Shown here piece after piece: positions 61,210 through 64,000 of a stretch of 64,000 bases of DNA (position 1 is the stretch's first letter; each line of letters begins with the position of its first letter). This stretch comes from Felis catus (taxonomy: Eukaryota). Location of the stretch: contig NC_058368.1 of the NCBI RefSeq assembly GCF_018350175.1, forward strand, positions 104,596,001-104,660,000, given 5' to 3'. The notes under the pieces were generated by a model, which saw only the letters and a program-made list of their open reading frames with translations, did no database searches and was not told the DNA's origin. A program made the position numbers and the translations under genes.

Positions 61210-64000
61210 TACAACTTCAAGGCCATGATGGAAGAACGGATTTACCTTTCTCTAAAACTGAGCAAAACATGTGAGGTGACTACTTTTAGGCACTGGAAAA
61301 TAGTGCAGGACTCCAGTCTCAGCAAGACAGGAAATAAATGAGGTGAGCACCACATCCAACCTGATTTTATGTCTGGGGGCGCTTTGCTGAACTGGCGCTA
61401 AGTGAAGAGCCCAGGTGAAGAACATCAAGTCGTACTGAGCCGAGGAGACAGAAATGGCAGTAGAGGGCATGAAGAGGCAGTTGGGATTCACAGGATCGAA
61501 TTCCAGAGGCAAATGAGCTCTGCAGAAGGGAAATGTCAGAAGTCTGTGTGGAGATTCTTCTTACCTCTGGCTAAGAGCTGCTCTGGGCCTTGCCTGTACA
61601 GGGTAAGATTCTGTAAGACCTCTTGATTCTGCAAGACCACAGCTGCTGTGGCACTAAGAAATGAATGGAAATGCCAAAAGTCACGTAGTGCTAAAATATA
61701 TTGGAGTTTTGACCCAACGATGGCGGAAAGACGTCATTGAGCACACGGGGCATTCGACTGAGACCCCAGGAATGCCACTCTTTTGGAATAAGGAATAGGA
61801 GCATATCCTAGAATTGAGGTCAAAATCAATATAGATTTGCCCAAAGAAAGCCTAAAATGAAGCCTGAAGGATTAAAAGAATGAACCTGTTATGTAGTTGC
61901 TGGCCAGAACCAAACATTACACCTTAAAAAAAAAGTTTTTTTTTTTTAAATTTTTGAGAGAGAGAGAGTACACAGAGGAGAGGAGCATTCCTGGAATCCC
62001 AAGCAGGCTCTGCATTGTCAGCACCAAGGCCCACACAGGGCTCAAACTGAGGAACCAGGATATCATGACCTGAGCCAAAGTCAACAGTCGGGCCTTTAAC
62101 CTCCTGAGCCACCCAGGCGCCCCCAAACATAACACCTTTAAATGAGAGACAAGATAATCCAGATGCTGTACAATATATCATTTGTAACGTGCAGCATGCA
62201 ATAAAAATTAATGCATATGCAAAGAAGCAGGAAAATGGAATTCGTAATCAAGATTAAAAAACAGACAACCACAAGAGATCCTGAAAACGGCTCGGATTTT
62301 GGAGCTAGAACACAGTTTAAAAATGGTGATTGTAAGCATGTTCAAGGATTTAAAGACAAAAAATGGACATAATGAACAGGCTGGGAAATCTCAGAAATAC
62401 AAGCTGTACAAAACTATCAATTAAAAATACTAGAAATAACAATTTCCCTCAGTGTCTTAAGAGGAGATTGGATACTGCAGAATAAAAAGTACGAGAACCT
62501 GAAAATAGATCAATTAGAAAATATCAAAACTGAACAACAGAATAAATTTTATTTTCTATTTTCTAAAATGAACAGAGCCTCTGTATCTTGTAGAATGATC
62601 TCACTTGTCTTATATGTAATTGAAGTCTCTGAAGACAAGGAAAAAAAAGAATGGGTCAGAACTATTTGAAGAAATGATAACCTTAAATATTCAAACTTGG
62701 AAAAAAAATCAATCTACAGATGTAAGAAAGTCACAAAACCAAAAGCAATATATCTCTCAAAATAATCTTTAAGATTAGAGGTTAAAAAATATCTGGAAAG
62801 GACTATACCTTAATATAATTTTACTTAATACAATTTAGCTCCTGTAGTCATGGAGCTAAAAGAAATGGCGAAGAAAGTTCATTGGGCTGAAGATAAAATT
62901 TAGGATGTTACTAAGGAATGAACATAATTGGGAATGGTAAATATGTGGTAAATAAGAATTTTATTTTCCTACCTTTAAGTTTCCTTAACATACTCGATTG
63001 GTTCAAGCAAAAGTAAGAACAATGCATTGTGATATTTTTAGCATATGTAATGATAACACATGTCCATAGCATTAAGAATTGCAGGGGGTTAAGTGGAATT
63101 CTACCCTTAAAAGATTCGGATATTCTACATGAAATGTTATAATATTAATTACAAGTAGACTCAAGCTCAGGATATATACTCAAATTCCTAGAGCAATCAC
63201 TAATACACACACACACACACACACACACACACCAAAAAGCAAATAAAATGGAGTACTAAAAAATATTTTATTGGATCAAGAAGGCCAGAAAGAACAAAGA
63301 AACACACATGATATGGGACAAATAAAAAGCAAATTGCAAGATGATAGAATTCAACACAACCATATTAATACTTTTATTGACTGAGAATGCACTAAATATT
63401 CCAGTTAATAATAAATTTCATAATAAAAAAAGGTCAGTTCATTAAGAAGACACAACAGTTTGAAATGTGTATCCATCTAATTACTGTGTTTGACATAACT
63501 CCTGGCACATATAACTATTTTTAATGCAAGGATGACTCAACACAAGGAAATCCATTAATGTAATTCACTATATAAATAGATCAAAGGAGGTAAAACTCAT
63601 GACATTTCAATATGGGAGAAAATGCATTTGCTAAAATTCAATCATCACTCTTGATTAAAAACAAGTAAACAATAACTCTCAGCAAGCTTGCAATAGAAGG
63701 AAACTTTCTTAAGCTGATAAACCTTAGCATAAACCAAGAGCAAATATTTGATGTAAAACATTACAATCGTTCCTACTAATGTTCCTAAGATAAATTTGCT
63801 CCCAGCATTGTTGCTATTTAATCTTGTAATGGAGAGTCTAACTAATGCAGTAAGACAGAAAAAAGTAATATATATACATATATACATACGTATGTGTGTG
63901 TATATATATATATGTGTGTATATACTATGAAGGAAAGACACAGATAAAATTATTTGCAAACAAGAGATTGTCTTAGAAATCCAAGAAAAAAATTTACTAG
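61210..64000 (+). mobile_element. Old L1M remnant (5' region, ORF1, ORF2 pieces), runs off window
   Basis: A-rich ORF1-like stretch; 63525-63650 resembles L1 RT QGWFNIRKSINVIHHINR...AFDKIQH. Confidence 0.8.
61926..62123 (-). mobile_element. CAN-SINE (Fc2-like) nested in L1
   Basis: TSD caaacat(t/a)acacctt (61911, 62124). Confidence 0.94.

Noticed and set aside
761..62123. SINE strand bias (about 21 minus vs 10 plus) as proof of host-gene direction
   Set aside because: Small, clustered sample, and L1s beyond 46 kb are on the + strand
2156..62181. Recurrent GAWVAQSV..TSAQVMIS and GSGHDL..EFEP peptides in many ORFs
   Set aside because: Conceptual translations of CAN-SINEs, not a gene family

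Overview
Mammalian genomic DNA, not prokaryotic. About 31 feliform-type CAN-SINEs (SINEC_Fc/Fc2-like) point to a cat or close relative. The window looks intronic or intergenic, and I can support no protein-coding exon. The long ORFs are microsatellite, SINE or L1 artefacts. Content: CAN-SINEs (many with target-site duplications, TSDs), a decayed ~5.9 kb antisense L1, older L1, L2, CR1/L3 and MIR relics, MaLR (MLT1) LTRs, hAT fossils (MER5A, MER81, MER58A) and long simple repeats. Repeat family names come from recalled consensus sequences, not from a database search, and boundaries without a TSD are approximate. Most notable: (1) two SINEs plus a 44 bp unique spacer inside one perfect 18 bp TSD (3891-4371), suggesting a composite retrotransposed unit; (2) a ~60 bp copy of nearby DNA patched into an L1 deletion (32067 vs 33034); (3) a ~11.7 kb CAN-SINE-free zone holding a motif-bearing 39 bp minisatellite and a candidate promoter/first exon near 16.6-16.9 kb; (4) readable CR1/L3 reverse-transcriptase fossils. 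I could not identify the host gene and see no evidence of a novel multi-gene system.
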